From a virus (lineage: Duplodnaviria; Caudoviricetes), in IMG/VR virus record IMGVR_UViG_2863283106_000001, positions 32,001 to 96,000 of that record: a DNA stretch of 64,000 nt, one strand, 5' to 3'. Positions 27,198 through 36,501 of the stretch are shown here, piece by piece. The notes under the pieces are model-generated. The model ran no database searches and was not told the origin of the DNA. It was given only the letters and a program-made list of their open reading frames with translations. Both the position numbers and the translations under genes were made by a program. Every line of letters begins with the position of its first letter. Positions within the stretch are counted from its first letter, which is position 1.

Positions 27198-27250
27198 CGT
27201 TCCTCCGGATCACTGCGGGGTTGACATAAAGCGCAACCCCCTTCACTCCC

Positions 27251-27278
27251 GGAACGTCAACGGCCGTGTTCTGTTACA
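27251..27278 (-). promoter_or_regulatory. ECF-type promoter TGTAAC-N16-CGTT (also at 47608-47635, 48373-48400, 57088-57116)
   Basis: Four copies with a conserved 16-17-nt spacer, all pointing into downstream genes. Confidence 0.6.
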
Positions 27279-27355
27279 CCCCAACGGCTGCGCCCCCGGG
27301 CCGGGGAGGGCTCGGGGGCGGGAGATCGAACAGGTTCAGGCGTCTGGATGAACCG

Positions 27356-27712
27356 TCAACTCAAGATGCCGGTGATCTCCTTTCCTGTGAGGGCCTGCGC
27401 AATCTGCCAGCGCATGCCCCCGCGAGAACCCTTGATCAGGACGATGTCGCCGGGCTGCAGGAGCGCATCGAGTAACGCGGTGGCGGTCTCGTTGTCCCGA
27501 ACGATGGCGGCCTCTACACCGGCATCGGCCGCGCCCAGGGCAAGCTGCTTGGCCATGTCATCGCCGACCGCGATCACCATGTCGATGTTGTACTCGCCTG
27601 CCATCCGGCCCACGTCCCAGTGTGCCCTGGCGGCTTCGTTGCCCAGCTCCAGCATCTCGCCCAGGACGGCGATCCGCCGCCCTCCAGTCTGCTCGCTTGC
27701 TTCCTTAGCCAC
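27356..27712 (-). CDS. Stand-alone MurF-like C-terminal (Mur ligase peptide-binding) domain; contains a TTA codon
   Basis: RRIAVLGEMLELG..H..VG..VIAVG..PGDIVLIKGSRG; the ATPase domains are absent. Confidence 0.8.
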   Translation of the reverse strand: MAKEASEQTGGRRIAVLGEMLELGNEAARAHWDVGRMAGEYNIDMVIAVGDDMAKQLALGAADAGVEAAIVRDNETATALLDALLQPGDIVLIKGSRGGMRWQIAQALTGKEITGILS

Positions 27713-28325
27713 CCAGGATCACCCCCCTGCCCGCATAGAAGCTCTCCAGCCGGGCCCACGAGACTGGCGCGGCCTCCTGGGACACCCCAGGCAGCCCAGA
27801 GGGGTTGTGCAGCATCACGTTCTCCTCGCTGACGCCGACGGCGAGCACCAGGTGCCCGCCCTTGCTCGGCGGCTTTTCCTCGGTCGTGCGGATCGTCTTG
27901 TGTACCGACAGCAGCGCCAGGCGGCCGCCGGTGATGATGCCGGGCAGATGCGCGGCAGACAGCTCGGGGACGGCTTCAGCTTCCAGCCCCCAGCGGGCCC
28001 GTACGTGCTCGGCGAACGGCTGGTAGATCAGGCCCTTTACCTGGTTCCCGTCCCGGACGTAGGCGCCGGCCTCGCACAGCTCCCTCGCCAGGGGAACGGA
28101 CGGCGGAACCGAATGCCCCCAGAAGTCCAGCGCCATCCGCAGGCACGCAACGCCGCACATGCGCGGCGCCCAGAACGCGTACTCCTGCGGGCTGTCAGCG
28201 CCGGACTTCTGCCACAGCGGATCATCTGCCGCGTCCCTGGTGCCAGTGATGAACTCCGGCACCAGGGACGCGGACTCCCACTGCGAGTAGTAGGGCACGG
28301 GGTGGAGGATCGTCGGGACGCTCAT
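27705..28325 (-). CDS. C39-like (papain-fold) cysteine peptidase
   Basis: VPYYSQW..MCGVACLRM..GGHLVL..HNPSG. Confidence 0.78.
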   Translation of the reverse strand: MSVPTILHPVPYYSQWESASLVPEFITGTRDAADDPLWQKSGADSPQEYAFWAPRMCGVACLRMALDFWGHSVPPSVPLARELCEAGAYVRDGNQVKGLIYQPFAEHVRARWGLEAEAVPELSAAHLPGIITGGRLALLSVHKTIRTTEEKPPSKGGHLVLAVGVSEENVMLHNPSGLPGVSQEAAPVSWARLESFYAGRGVILGG

Positions 28326-28340
28326 GCGCCCCAGTCTTTC

Positions 28341-29312
28341 CTACGGCAGGTACGCGGGCTTGGTGAACGCCGTCCTGACGATGTGCTGGATCAGCGCGGG
28401 GTAGGAGATCCCCGACGCCTTCGCCATCGTGGCGAGGTTTCCTCGTGCGGACAGGCCTGGCAGCGTGTTGCACTCCAGGATGGTGACGCGGCCGTTGGCG
28501 CCCGCCATGAAGTCGACGCGCAGCACGCCGTGCGCGCCGATCATCCGCCACACCCGCCGGGCCATGTACTTCATGGAGTCCGTCATGTGCTGCGGCAATA
28601 TGGACGGGCAGTGCTCGGTGCGCAGAGTCGGGTCGTGCTTGGCCTCGTAGTCGTAGAACTCGCGGGTCGTCTCGACGTCGAGGACAGGCAGCGTCATGAC
28701 GCGGCCGTCGATCTCGATGAGGCCCACGGTGCACGGCAGGCCCTGGATGTACTCCTCGACCATGTACTCGGCGTACGGCTCCGCGTGCGCGGCTTCGATC
28801 ATGCGACTGAGCTGGGTCTCGTCGTGTGCGATGCCGGCTGCAAGGCTTCCGCCGCCGCTGGACGGCTTGACGAACACGGGGAACCCGATGGAGTGCCTGA
28901 CGACGGACAGCGTGTGCGTCACCGACACCTGCGGGTCAATCATCACCCACCGGGGGGTGTCCAGGTGTTCCTTGAGGGCCAGGTTCTTGAAGGTGGGTTT
29001 GTGCATGCCGATCGCGGAAGCGAGCACCCCGGAACCGGTGTAGGGAATCCGGGCGGTTTCGAGGGCGCCCTGAATCTTGCCGTCCTCGCCCCCAAGCCCG
29101 TGCAGGCCGAGGAGTGCCACGTCGATACGCCCCTGCAGGGCAGAGAGCGGGATGTCCGCCACGTCGATCAGGTCGGTGCTGATCCCGGCATCGGTGAGAG
29201 CCTTGGACGCGTGCTCGCCGGAGGCGATTGAACCGGGCCGTTCGGGGGAGGCGCCTCCGCAGAGGACACCAATCCGTAAGGTCTGGATGTCCGGCACCAT
29301 TGCTGCTGTCAC
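28341..29312 (-). CDS. ddl: D-Ala-D-Ala ligase family ATP-grasp enzyme
   Basis: GVLCGGASPER..S..SG, LHGLGGEDGKIQG, PVFVKP..GGGS, FYDYEAK, RVDF, LECNTLPGL; GTG at 29312 with AAGGAG RBS. Confidence 0.9.
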   Translation of the reverse strand: MTAAMVPDIQTLRIGVLCGGASPERPGSIASGEHASKALTDAGISTDLIDVADIPLSALQGRIDVALLGLHGLGGEDGKIQGALETARIPYTGSGVLASAIGMHKPTFKNLALKEHLDTPRWVMIDPQVSVTHTLSVVRHSIGFPVFVKPSSGGGSLAAGIAHDETQLSRMIEAAHAEPYAEYMVEEYIQGLPCTVGLIEIDGRVMTLPVLDVETTREFYDYEAKHDPTLRTEHCPSILPQHMTDSMKYMARRVWRMIGAHGVLRVDFMAGANGRVTILECNTLPGLSARGNLATMAKASGISYPALIQHIVRTAFTKPAYLP

Positions 29313-29547
29313 GCGATTCTCCTTCGCGTTGTGACATGGGTGGTGTCCTCGGCGCGGCGGCTGATCCTGGCAGGGGTGACCGTCGCGCCGAGCTGTATAC
29401 CGCTCCTTCGTGGGGAGCGGAGAGAAGCCCGACGCGGGGCGATGACCTTGCCGTGGGGGAACACGAGTCGGGCAGTTCGTCCCCGCGCCGGGAGTTGTGC
29501 CTGCCTGGCGGCCCGGCCGGGGGACATTCGGGCCGCCAGGCAGGGGT

Positions 29548-30249
29548 CTATGCGGCGCGCTCCAGTTCCCAGAGCAGTTGGTCCAGGCCCATGAGGCGGA
29601 AGGTGCTGAGGCGGCGCACCATCTGGGAGGCGAGGACGGTCGGCAGGAGCGGGTGGCCGTACGGGATCGGTCCCTCCGGCCGCTGTACGACCAGTACGCC
29701 GTCGGCGCTGGCGCCGTAGCCGACACCGTTCACGCCGTACAGGGGTGCGCTCTGCGCCAGGAGCACCACCGGGTCGCGGGTGAGGTGCGGGCACAGCTCG
29801 GCGGCGGGGCGTGCGTGCCGGGCGCACACCGGCGGCTGGTTCGTCAGGACCATCGAGTCGTCGGGGTCCACCGTGTCCGGGCCGGCGAGGAAGATGTACC
29901 CGAGCGGGGTCCGCGCGCGTTCGGCGCAGACCTGGCAGCGCATCGCCTGCATCGTGCCCCGCTGCCGCAGGGGGTGCATCATCCGCCACTGTGGCCTGCC
30001 CGTCGGCTGGCCGAGGTCGTCGACGGGGCCGAAGGAGCAGCGGGCCCACAGCACGCCGCGCAGGTCACGGTCCCGGGGGTCCTCGTCGGCGTAGCACAGC
30101 CGGTAGCGGCCTTTCCCGAGCGGGGCCAGTCGCAGGTTGTCGGGGGCGGCTTCCTCCCCCTCACGCTGGATGACGAACGGGATCAGGGGCGGCTCGGTGC
30201 GCACAGTCTTCTCTTCCAGGGATCGTGGCGGCGGGGGGAGAGTGGTCAC
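29548..30249 (-). CDS. Hypothetical protein (CxxC, PPVC..C..H)
   Basis: GTGA coupling and AAGGAGG RBS. Confidence 0.6.
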   Translation of the reverse strand: MTTLPPPPRSLEEKTVRTEPPLIPFVIQREGEEAAPDNLRLAPLGKGRYRLCYADEDPRDRDLRGVLWARCSFGPVDDLGQPTGRPQWRMMHPLRQRGTMQAMRCQVCAERARTPLGYIFLAGPDTVDPDDSMVLTNQPPVCARHARPAAELCPHLTRDPVVLLAQSAPLYGVNGVGYGASADGVLVVQRPEGPIPYGHPLLPTVLASQMVRRLSTFRLMGLDQLLWELERAA

Positions 30250-30653
30250 GCCGCCTCCTTGAGGCATCCAATGGCGGCCAGGCGCTCGAGGAGCTCGTTC
30301 GCGGCCCAGGCCATCCGTCGCAGGTGGCCGACGGCGCTTTGGTGGTCGGCCGGTGTGCGCTCGGCGTGCAGGGCGCGGGCGCGTTGGGCCAGTCGGCCGG
30401 CTTCGTGGTCTTCGTGGGCGGCCTCGGTGGCGATCGCTATGTCCACGAGACGTGTCAGGTGTTCGTGGAGCCGTTGGGCGAGTCCCTCCAGGCCGGCTCC
30501 GCTTGGGGCGACGTCGTCCAGCGCGGTGGCGATGTCGTCGAGTAAGGCGCCGCCGTCGAACGGGGTCCACTGGCGGACCTTCTCCAAGACGCCGGTCAGG
30601 GCCTGTGCGTCCAGGGGTGGCGTCCACCGTAAGGCGGGGACCGGGGCGGTCAT
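30246..30653 (-). CDS. DUF6415-like protein with two TTA codons
   Basis: Helical protein ending HLRRMAWAANELLERL; typical neighbour of the ATPase/HTH/DUF397 cluster. Confidence 0.55.
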   Translation of the reverse strand: MTAPVPALRWTPPLDAQALTGVLEKVRQWTPFDGGALLDDIATALDDVAPSGAGLEGLAQRLHEHLTRLVDIAIATEAAHEDHEAGRLAQRARALHAERTPADHQSAVGHLRRMAWAANELLERLAAIGCLKEAA

Positions 30654-31168
30654 GATGCCGCTCCGGCCGGGATGGTGAGGCTGCACCAGGTCTCGGCGCC
30701 GTTGTCGCTGGTTCCCCAGGTGCCGCCGCTTTCCTTCACGAGGGCCTGGACGAGCTGCAGGCCGCGCCCGCTCTCGTCTTTGTGGCCCGGGGTCTTCGGG
30801 GTGGCGTTGCCCGGCATCCCGTCACGGACCGCGATACGGAGGCTCTTGTCCTCCGCGGTGATGGACAGGCTGATCTCCGTGGTGCCGCTGTGCAGCAACG
30901 CGTTGGTCAGCAGCTCAGAGACGATCAGCATCACGTCGCCCTTCAACACCTCGAGGCCGCAGTACCTGAGCCGGGCGGCGGCGATACGGCGCATGGTGCC
31001 GATCCGGGCCGCGTCCCCGGCCGGCGGGTGGGTGCCGCAGGGGCGGGGAGCGACCGCGAAGCACGCGGTCATCACGTCCCCGCTGCGGGGGAGGGCCGTG
31101 CGCGACGTCCGTACGACCGGAGTCTTCCAGGGGTTTTCCTGCTGCGCAGCAGACGCAGGTGATGCCAT
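30650..31168 (-). CDS. HATPase_c/RsbW-like ATP-binding protein
   Basis: LIVSELLTNALLH, VRD, ESGRGLQLV, WG. Confidence 0.88.
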   Translation of the reverse strand: MASPASAAQQENPWKTPVVRTSRTALPRSGDVMTACFAVAPRPCGTHPPAGDAARIGTMRRIAAARLRYCGLEVLKGDVMLIVSELLTNALLHSGTTEISLSITAEDKSLRIAVRDGMPGNATPKTPGHKDESGRGLQLVQALVKESGGTWGTSDNGAETWCSLTIPAGAAS

Positions 31169-31449
31169 GCCGGGGCCTCCAGACGCCCAATGCGTGACGG
31201 TGCGGCAGGGCGAAGCGGAATCGCACGGGGGTGCGACTTTCCCAGCTTGCCTGTCACGGTTTGCGTTGGCTCAACTACCGTGGCGGTAGGACGCATTGGT
31301 AAGCAACTGGATCGCCACTGAAAATTCAGTGGCGTCGCAAATGGACTATGCCAGAACCTGCACAGGGGGCTGCGGTGGGCGCACAGCGGGTGTCACACTC
31401 TGCGCAGGGTCGTACTCAACCAGCGCAGACGCATGGGGGTGGTGCACAG

Positions 31450-32337
31450 GTGGCGGCGAAGCGAGGGGCGACCGGGCGGCGTTTGGATCTTGGGATCCAG
31501 CTACGGCAGTTGCGCGAGAACTGCCCGCCCGTCGAGGACGGCAGAGCGCGCGGCATGACCCGGAAAGCCGCCGTGCGCGGGCTCAGGCAACTGTCGGAGG
31601 CGTCCCTCGCGCGGATCGAGCACGGCGAGCTCAATTTCCGGCGCAACGTCGGGGACCTGCGCACGCTGTTGAAGCGATACGCCGTCGAGGATGACGAGCT
31701 GATCGAGTACCTGGTCGAGCTGAACCGCGAGGCCGCGAACGACGACTGGCTGACCACGTTCCGCGCCTTCATGCCGACGGGGATGCCGCACTACGTCGGT
31801 CTGGAAGCGGAGGCTACCGAGATCCTGGCCTACCACCCGACCGTCGTGTGCGGCCTCCTGCAGACGGAGGACTACGCGCGGGCCCTGTTCGAGGTCCAGC
31901 GGCCCGTCGAGGACACCACCAGCGAGTTCATACAGCGCAACGTGGACCTACGGATGGAGCGAAAGCGCAGGGTCCTCGAGCGCGGCGACGTCCGTCTCCG
32001 CGTCATACTCGGCGAGGCTGCCCTGCGCATCCCCGTCGGGGACGACGAGACGATGCTCGAGCAGTACCGCGAGATCATCAAACTGGCCCGGCAGGACCAC
32101 ATCCAGGTCCAGGTGCTGCCGTTCAGGCGCGGCTACCGAGCAACCAACGATTTCGCCATCCTCGACCTCGGAGAGCTGCCGTCGCGGGTTCAGACTGACA
32201 ATGCGTGGGGGGCCGTGTCCACGAGCGACAAGCCCCGTGAAGTCGACCGGTTCACACGCCGGTTCAACGCGATGGTCGGGGCCGCTCTCGGCCTCGAGGA
32301 GACCATCGAATTCCTGGAATCACTCACTGGAAAGTAG
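31450..32337 (+). CDS. XRE HTH + DUF5753 regulator (WhiJ/Scr1-like)
   Basis: LG.QLRQLRE..LARIEHG; LEAEA..GLLQTEDYARAL; ILGEAAL. Confidence 0.88.
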   Translation: MAAKRGATGRRLDLGIQLRQLRENCPPVEDGRARGMTRKAAVRGLRQLSEASLARIEHGELNFRRNVGDLRTLLKRYAVEDDELIEYLVELNREAANDDWLTTFRAFMPTGMPHYVGLEAEATEILAYHPTVVCGLLQTEDYARALFEVQRPVEDTTSEFIQRNVDLRMERKRRVLERGDVRLRVILGEAALRIPVGDDETMLEQYREIIKLARQDHIQVQVLPFRRGYRATNDFAILDLGELPSRVQTDNAWGAVSTSDKPREVDRFTRRFNAMVGAALGLEETIEFLESLTGK

Positions 32338-32359
32338 CGGAGCCATCAACACTCACCTC

Positions 32360-32575
32360 ATGCCCCAGACCTCTACCGAGATCGCCCCGGAAGGCGCCTG
32401 GTTCAAGTCCTCGTACAGCAGCGACGGCACCGGCAACTGCGTGGAGGCCGCCAACCTCCCGGCCGCGGTCGCTGTCCGTGACTCCAAGGACAAGAAGGGG
32501 CCCGCGCTGGTCTTCCCGCGCAGCTCCTGGGCCACCTTCATCACCAGCGTGAGCCAGGGCGAGACCACCGCCTGA
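32360..32575 (+). CDS. DUF397 protein (Scr2/BldB-like)
   Basis: WFKSSYS...NCVE...VAVRDSK...W..F. Confidence 0.92.
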   Translation: MPQTSTEIAPEGAWFKSSYSSDGTGNCVEAANLPAAVAVRDSKDKKGPALVFPRSSWATFITSVSQGETTA

Positions 32576-32606
32576 CGCACGCCCGACCTGGGCACTGCCC
32601 AACAGC

Positions 32607-32643
32607 ATGGGGCCCCCCTCAGAGACGTTGAGGGGGGCCGCCA
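32607..32643. terminator. Bidirectional stem-loop between convergent genes
   Basis: GGCCCCCCTCA-N7-TGAGGGGGGCC. Confidence 0.65.
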
Positions 32644-32708
32644 TCGTTCTACGCCGACGGTACCGGTGCCAGGCCCCGCACGGTACGGAACCGGCCCAAC
32701 GGGCGCGG

Positions 32709-33863
32709 TCAGGCCGGTGCCGTCGGGTCGTGTACGGGAACCTTGTCGAACGGGTTCTTCTTCGCGTCCTGGGCGGGGCGGACGTAGACCTTGCGGGGGA
32801 TGGATGAGCCCTTGGCCCACCGGCCGGCCCGCTCGAGGTCCTCGTCCGTGGCGTCGTTCGCGGCAAGGTCGGTGGCGGCGCCCGCGCGTAGGCCGTGGGA
32901 GGTGATTGGCCGGCCGTCGCCCACCAGGCCGGCCTTGGCGAACCAGTGCTTCACGCGCTCATTGACGACGTGCCCCCGCAGGTGAAGGCCCCGCTTGGTG
33001 GCCGTTTTCGCGCGGGTCTCCTCCGTGGCCGGCATGCCGTTCTTGAGGAGGTGCCGGAAGACGGGGCCGGTCGTGACGCCCATGCTGGCGAGGTAGTCCA
33101 GCCAGCGGCGCATCCGGCGGACGAGCTGGACGTCCTCCGGCCGGTCCTTGAGGGGGATCGTCTGCTCCTCGTCCTTGTGGGTCTTGTCCTCGGCGAGCCA
33201 GACAAGGACGCGGTCGTCCAGGACCTTCACGTCCTCGATCTCCAGGTTGACGTCCTCGATGCTGCGCCCGAGGAACATGTACCCGAAGGCGAACATGGCC
33301 GCGTCGCGGATGCCGATCGGCCGGCCGTCGGCTTCGGCCTTCTCCATCATCGGCACGACGTACGACAGGGTGAGCGGGAAGGCCTGCCGCGTGCGCACCG
33401 CGCGCTTGTTCTTCTTCCGGTAGTCGGCCAGGAGCCGCAGGTACAGGCTGTTATCCGGCTTCTTCCCCGCGGGCATCGCCGTACGGATCCGCGACATGTA
33501 GTTCTTGATCGTGGCGACCTTGAGGCCCCGCTGCATCAGGTGCCGACTGTACTCGGTGAACGTCGCCGTGGTGCACGGCACCGCCACACGGCCCTGCTCC
33601 GCACACCACGCCTTGAAGGCCTTCATCGGGCCGGAGTCGCCCGGGTCGGACTCGTCCAGGATGCGCGCGGTCTCTTCGCTGACGTACAGGTCCCGCTCGG
33701 TGTACGTCGTGCCCGGATCGTCGCTGGTCGGGATGGACTCCCCGGGCCGCAACACCGTGTGCTCGTCGACGAGCGGGCGGGGCGCCGGCGCAGCGCGCAC
33801 CAGCTCCCCGTCCTCGACGAATTCGGCGTCGACGACCTCGTCGTCCTCGGCGCGCACCGTCAT
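32709..33863 (-). CDS. Cre-like tyrosine recombinase
   Basis: R (LGRSIE), K (DKT), HGLRAG, GRW, Y (RKVYVR). Confidence 0.85.
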   Translation of the reverse strand: MTVRAEDDEVVDAEFVEDGELVRAAPAPRPLVDEHTVLRPGESIPTSDDPGTTYTERDLYVSEETARILDESDPGDSGPMKAFKAWCAEQGRVAVPCTTATFTEYSRHLMQRGLKVATIKNYMSRIRTAMPAGKKPDNSLYLRLLADYRKKNKRAVRTRQAFPLTLSYVVPMMEKAEADGRPIGIRDAAMFAFGYMFLGRSIEDVNLEIEDVKVLDDRVLVWLAEDKTHKDEEQTIPLKDRPEDVQLVRRMRRWLDYLASMGVTTGPVFRHLLKNGMPATEETRAKTATKRGLHLRGHVVNERVKHWFAKAGLVGDGRPITSHGLRAGAATDLAANDATDEDLERAGRWAKGSSIPRKVYVRPAQDAKKNPFDKVPVHDPTAPA

Positions 33864-34165
33864 GCCGCGGGCCTGGCCTCTGCGTCAGCGGGGACCGGGT
33901 CGATGTGGTGGAGGGCGATGCCGCCGGACTCGCCCTTCACCTGGACGACCGGAGTGCCGTCCCCCAACGCCCACGCGGGGGACCGTGTGACGGTGTCCAG
34001 CGTCCGGCACGGGTCACTCCCCCACGCGGGCGGCAGGGTGCCGGTGGCGGCCCGTTCCCGGTAGGCCACGGCCACCGGGTCCTCGGGTCGCACGAAGGGG
34101 TACGCCACCACCCGCGTGCCGACCGGGTACCGCGCGTTCCACTCGTCCGCGTTGAGGCTGCTCAC
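33860..34165 (-). CDS. Phage-like hypothetical protein
   Basis: Translationally coupled to both neighbours; WNARYPVGT..TRSPAW..G. Confidence 0.6.
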   Translation of the reverse strand: MSSLNADEWNARYPVGTRVVAYPFVRPEDPVAVAYRERAATGTLPPAWGSDPCRTLDTVTRSPAWALGDGTPVVQVKGESGGIALHHIDPVPADAEARPAA

Positions 34166-34587
34166 TGCCCTTCCTTCACCTTCCGCTCTGCGGCCTGCAG
34201 CACCTTCCGGTGGCCATCGAGCGTGATCTTCAAAGTCCCGACCAATGCATTCGTGTTGTCGCTGTACTCCTGCGTAGCCAGCTCGTGCACCAGGCGCAGA
34301 AGGAACCCGACGTTGAACTGGTCCCGGTTGTAGAGCAGCACACGGCAGTTGCCGTCCGTCGGCAGCCGATCGGGCAGGTGACCGATGTTGTGCTCAGCCA
34401 GCCGCTCGGTGATGCGCTCCATGATTCGGGCGCCGGCCCGCTGTGCCCCGTCGAAGCGGACCAGTGCCTCCACGTACCACATGTCGTAGCCGCCGATGGC
34501 GGCGAGGTAGTCGGGCAGCTTGGCCCACGCTTCCTCGACATTGGTCGCCCCGGGCATCTGCGGTACCACCACGCTCGCGCTCGCCAC
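34162..34587 (-). CDS. Hypothetical protein
   Basis: GAGGAGG RBS; divergent from the plus-strand operon. Confidence 0.55.
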   Translation of the reverse strand: MASASVVVPQMPGATNVEEAWAKLPDYLAAIGGYDMWYVEALVRFDGAQRAGARIMERITERLAEHNIGHLPDRLPTDGNCRVLLYNRDQFNVGFLLRLVHELATQEYSDNTNALVGTLKITLDGHRKVLQAAERKVKEGQ

Positions 34588-34751
34588 CTGTCCATCCCCC
34601 TCCTCGTTGGCCCGGCAGATGCCGGATCTGATGTGGCGCCAACTTTACCGACAACAATTGGAGTTATTGTCGGCTACCCACGAGTAACCCCGTATCGTGT
34701 CTTCCGAGGGCGGAGAGCACCGCCCGAACCACGAACCGAAGGAGCACCCCC

Positions 34752-35015
34752 GTGCGGAAGCTGCCCGGCAAGTTGAAGCTCGTCGCGTACGCCCTCGTTC
34801 TCCTGGCCCTCGCGCACCCGGGCGCCGTTCCGCCCGTGCTCGGTATCGCGCTCGCCATGGCGGGCGCCGTCATCGGCTGGGCCCTGGCGCACCTGTCGCT
34901 CGCCCTCACGCTTGCCGCCGGCGTTTTGCTGTTCCGGGCCTTCCCCGGCATCCCGCGCTGGTTCAGCCGCTCCTGGGACGCCTCGGTCGACTCCGTGCTC
35001 CCCGTCAAGGCGTAA
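34752..35015 (+). CDS. Small hydrophobic membrane protein (possibly Spd-type)
   Basis: Hairpin leader plus AAGGAG RBS; about 3 TM segments. Confidence 0.65.
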   Translation: MRKLPGKLKLVAYALVLLALAHPGAVPPVLGIALAMAGAVIGWALAHLSLALTLAAGVLLFRAFPGIPRWFSRSWDASVDSVLPVKA

Positions 35016-35150
35016 CAACGGCTCTGTTCGAGCCGTTCGATTCTTCGCCCAGAACGATTCTCCGCTCACCCCCTCATGACCCCACGGACGCCCGTTGTGG
35101 CGCCGACCGGTGGAGAGCAACCGCCGGAAGTCCAAACGAAGGAGCCCTCT

Positions 35151-35531
35151 GTGGCCACCGTTGAAATCGTCAGCTTCGGCTACTTGCACGGTCAGGCCCC
35201 GGAAGCCGATGTGACCCTCGACCTGCGGCGGGCCTTCCGAGACCCGCACGTCGACCCGCGCATGCGAGAGCTGACCGGCTACGACCGACTCGTACGCCGG
35301 AAGGTCCTGAACACCGCTGGAGTCCGTCAGCTCTTGAAGGCCACAACCAGGCAGGTGCAGGCGTACGCGGCGGGTCCGAACGTCGAGCACATCGTCATCG
35401 GTTCGGGATGTGCGGGCGGACGTCACAGGTCGGTGGTTGTTGCCGAGAAGCTGGCCCGTCGGCTCCGGCGCCGCGGTCACACCGTCACCGTCACCCACCG
35501 AGACATCCGCCGGGCAGTCGTCCAGCGCTGA
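35151..35531 (+). CDS. Stand-alone RapZ C-terminal-like domain
   Basis: IVSFGYLHG..DLR..DP..ELTG.D..GCAGGRHRSV..AE.L..HRD. Confidence 0.85.
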   Translation: MATVEIVSFGYLHGQAPEADVTLDLRRAFRDPHVDPRMRELTGYDRLVRRKVLNTAGVRQLLKATTRQVQAYAAGPNVEHIVIGSGCAGGRHRSVVVAEKLARRLRRRGHTVTVTHRDIRRAVVQR

Positions 35532-35585
35532 CCAGCACCCACCGGCGGAGAGCAACCGCCTGCACCCGAAGAGAGGAACACCCCG

Positions 35586-36497
35586 ATGCGACGACGCGTC
35601 GTCACCACCCTGATCCCTCAGCCCGACCCCGAGCCGGCGTACCCCGAGTACGAAGACGTCCGACGCGAGGCCCGCCGCCGCAAAGGGCCGTTCGTCAACC
35701 TGGCCGACACCGACCGCTGGACGGAGGTTGCCCGCCGCCGGGGCGGCGACTGGTGCGCCGCGGTGCTGGGCAAGGGCTTCCCCGGCGCCTACGCCCTATC
35801 CACCGTGGACGGCTGGATGCTGATCGTCGCTGACGAGCGCGGCCTGAACCCGCCGCTGCCGGCCCGCATCGTCGAGGACCGCAGGCACGCGCAGGAGGCG
35901 AAGGAGCTGCGCGAGAAGCAGGTCAGGGAGCGCCAGGAGCGGGAGATGCGCCGCTGGCAGGCGGCCCTGGCCGCGGCCGGCGTCGAGATGACCGTCCGGG
36001 AGAACACCCGGCACACCGGTGTGGGCGGATCGCTGCGGCACGCGGTACCGAAGGAGGAGCTGGTCTCTGGCCAGTCCCGCAAGCACCTCGCCGACCGCGG
36101 CCTGTGCGAGACGCCCGACCGGGCGAACCCGCTGCACCTGGGCGAGCCGGTCAACGCCCCGGCCAACTGCCGCCGCTGCCTCGCCTACATGGAGAAGGTC
36201 CGCACCCTCGACGCCCCCGCCCCGCCCACCGCGGCAGAACGGAAGCTGCTGCAGGTCATCGCCTCCGGCGTCGTCTTCACCATGACGCACGCCCGTTGCG
36301 CCCCGACGATCCGCGTCACCACCGAACCGAGCCGAGGGCGCGCCGGCGCGCTGGGCCGGAGCGTCGATGCCGCGGTGAAGAGGCTGCAGGCGAAGGGCTG
36401 GACGGCCAAGGACGCGGAGCGCAGCGCGACGCAAACGGGTCACTCCGGCCACCGTTGGCGGCTCACCGAAGCCGGTACCGCCGCACTGGAGGGCTGA
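35586..36497 (+). CDS. Hypothetical protein (Zn-binding H..C..CxxC; wHTH-like C-terminus)
   Basis: Hairpin leader plus RBS. Confidence 0.6.
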   Translation: MRRRVVTTLIPQPDPEPAYPEYEDVRREARRRKGPFVNLADTDRWTEVARRRGGDWCAAVLGKGFPGAYALSTVDGWMLIVADERGLNPPLPARIVEDRRHAQEAKELREKQVRERQEREMRRWQAALAAAGVEMTVRENTRHTGVGGSLRHAVPKEELVSGQSRKHLADRGLCETPDRANPLHLGEPVNAPANCRRCLAYMEKVRTLDAPAPPTAAERKLLQVIASGVVFTMTHARCAPTIRVTTEPSRGRAGALGRSVDAAVKRLQAKGWTAKDAERSATQTGHSGHRWRLTEAGTAALEG

Positions 36498-36501
36498 CCC
36501 T

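Noticed and set aside
28341-29312. van glycopeptide-resistance cluster
   Set aside because: No vanH, vanX, vanR or vanS nearby; ligase specificity cannot be read from the sequence.
32580-34700. att/lox site near the Cre-like recombinase
   Set aside because: No convincing core flanked by inverted arms and no tRNA found by eye.
35011-35040. Fifth CGTAAC-N17-CGTT promoter
   Set aside because: It overlaps a stop codon and an AACGGCTC/GAGCCGTT hairpin, so a terminator explains it equally well.
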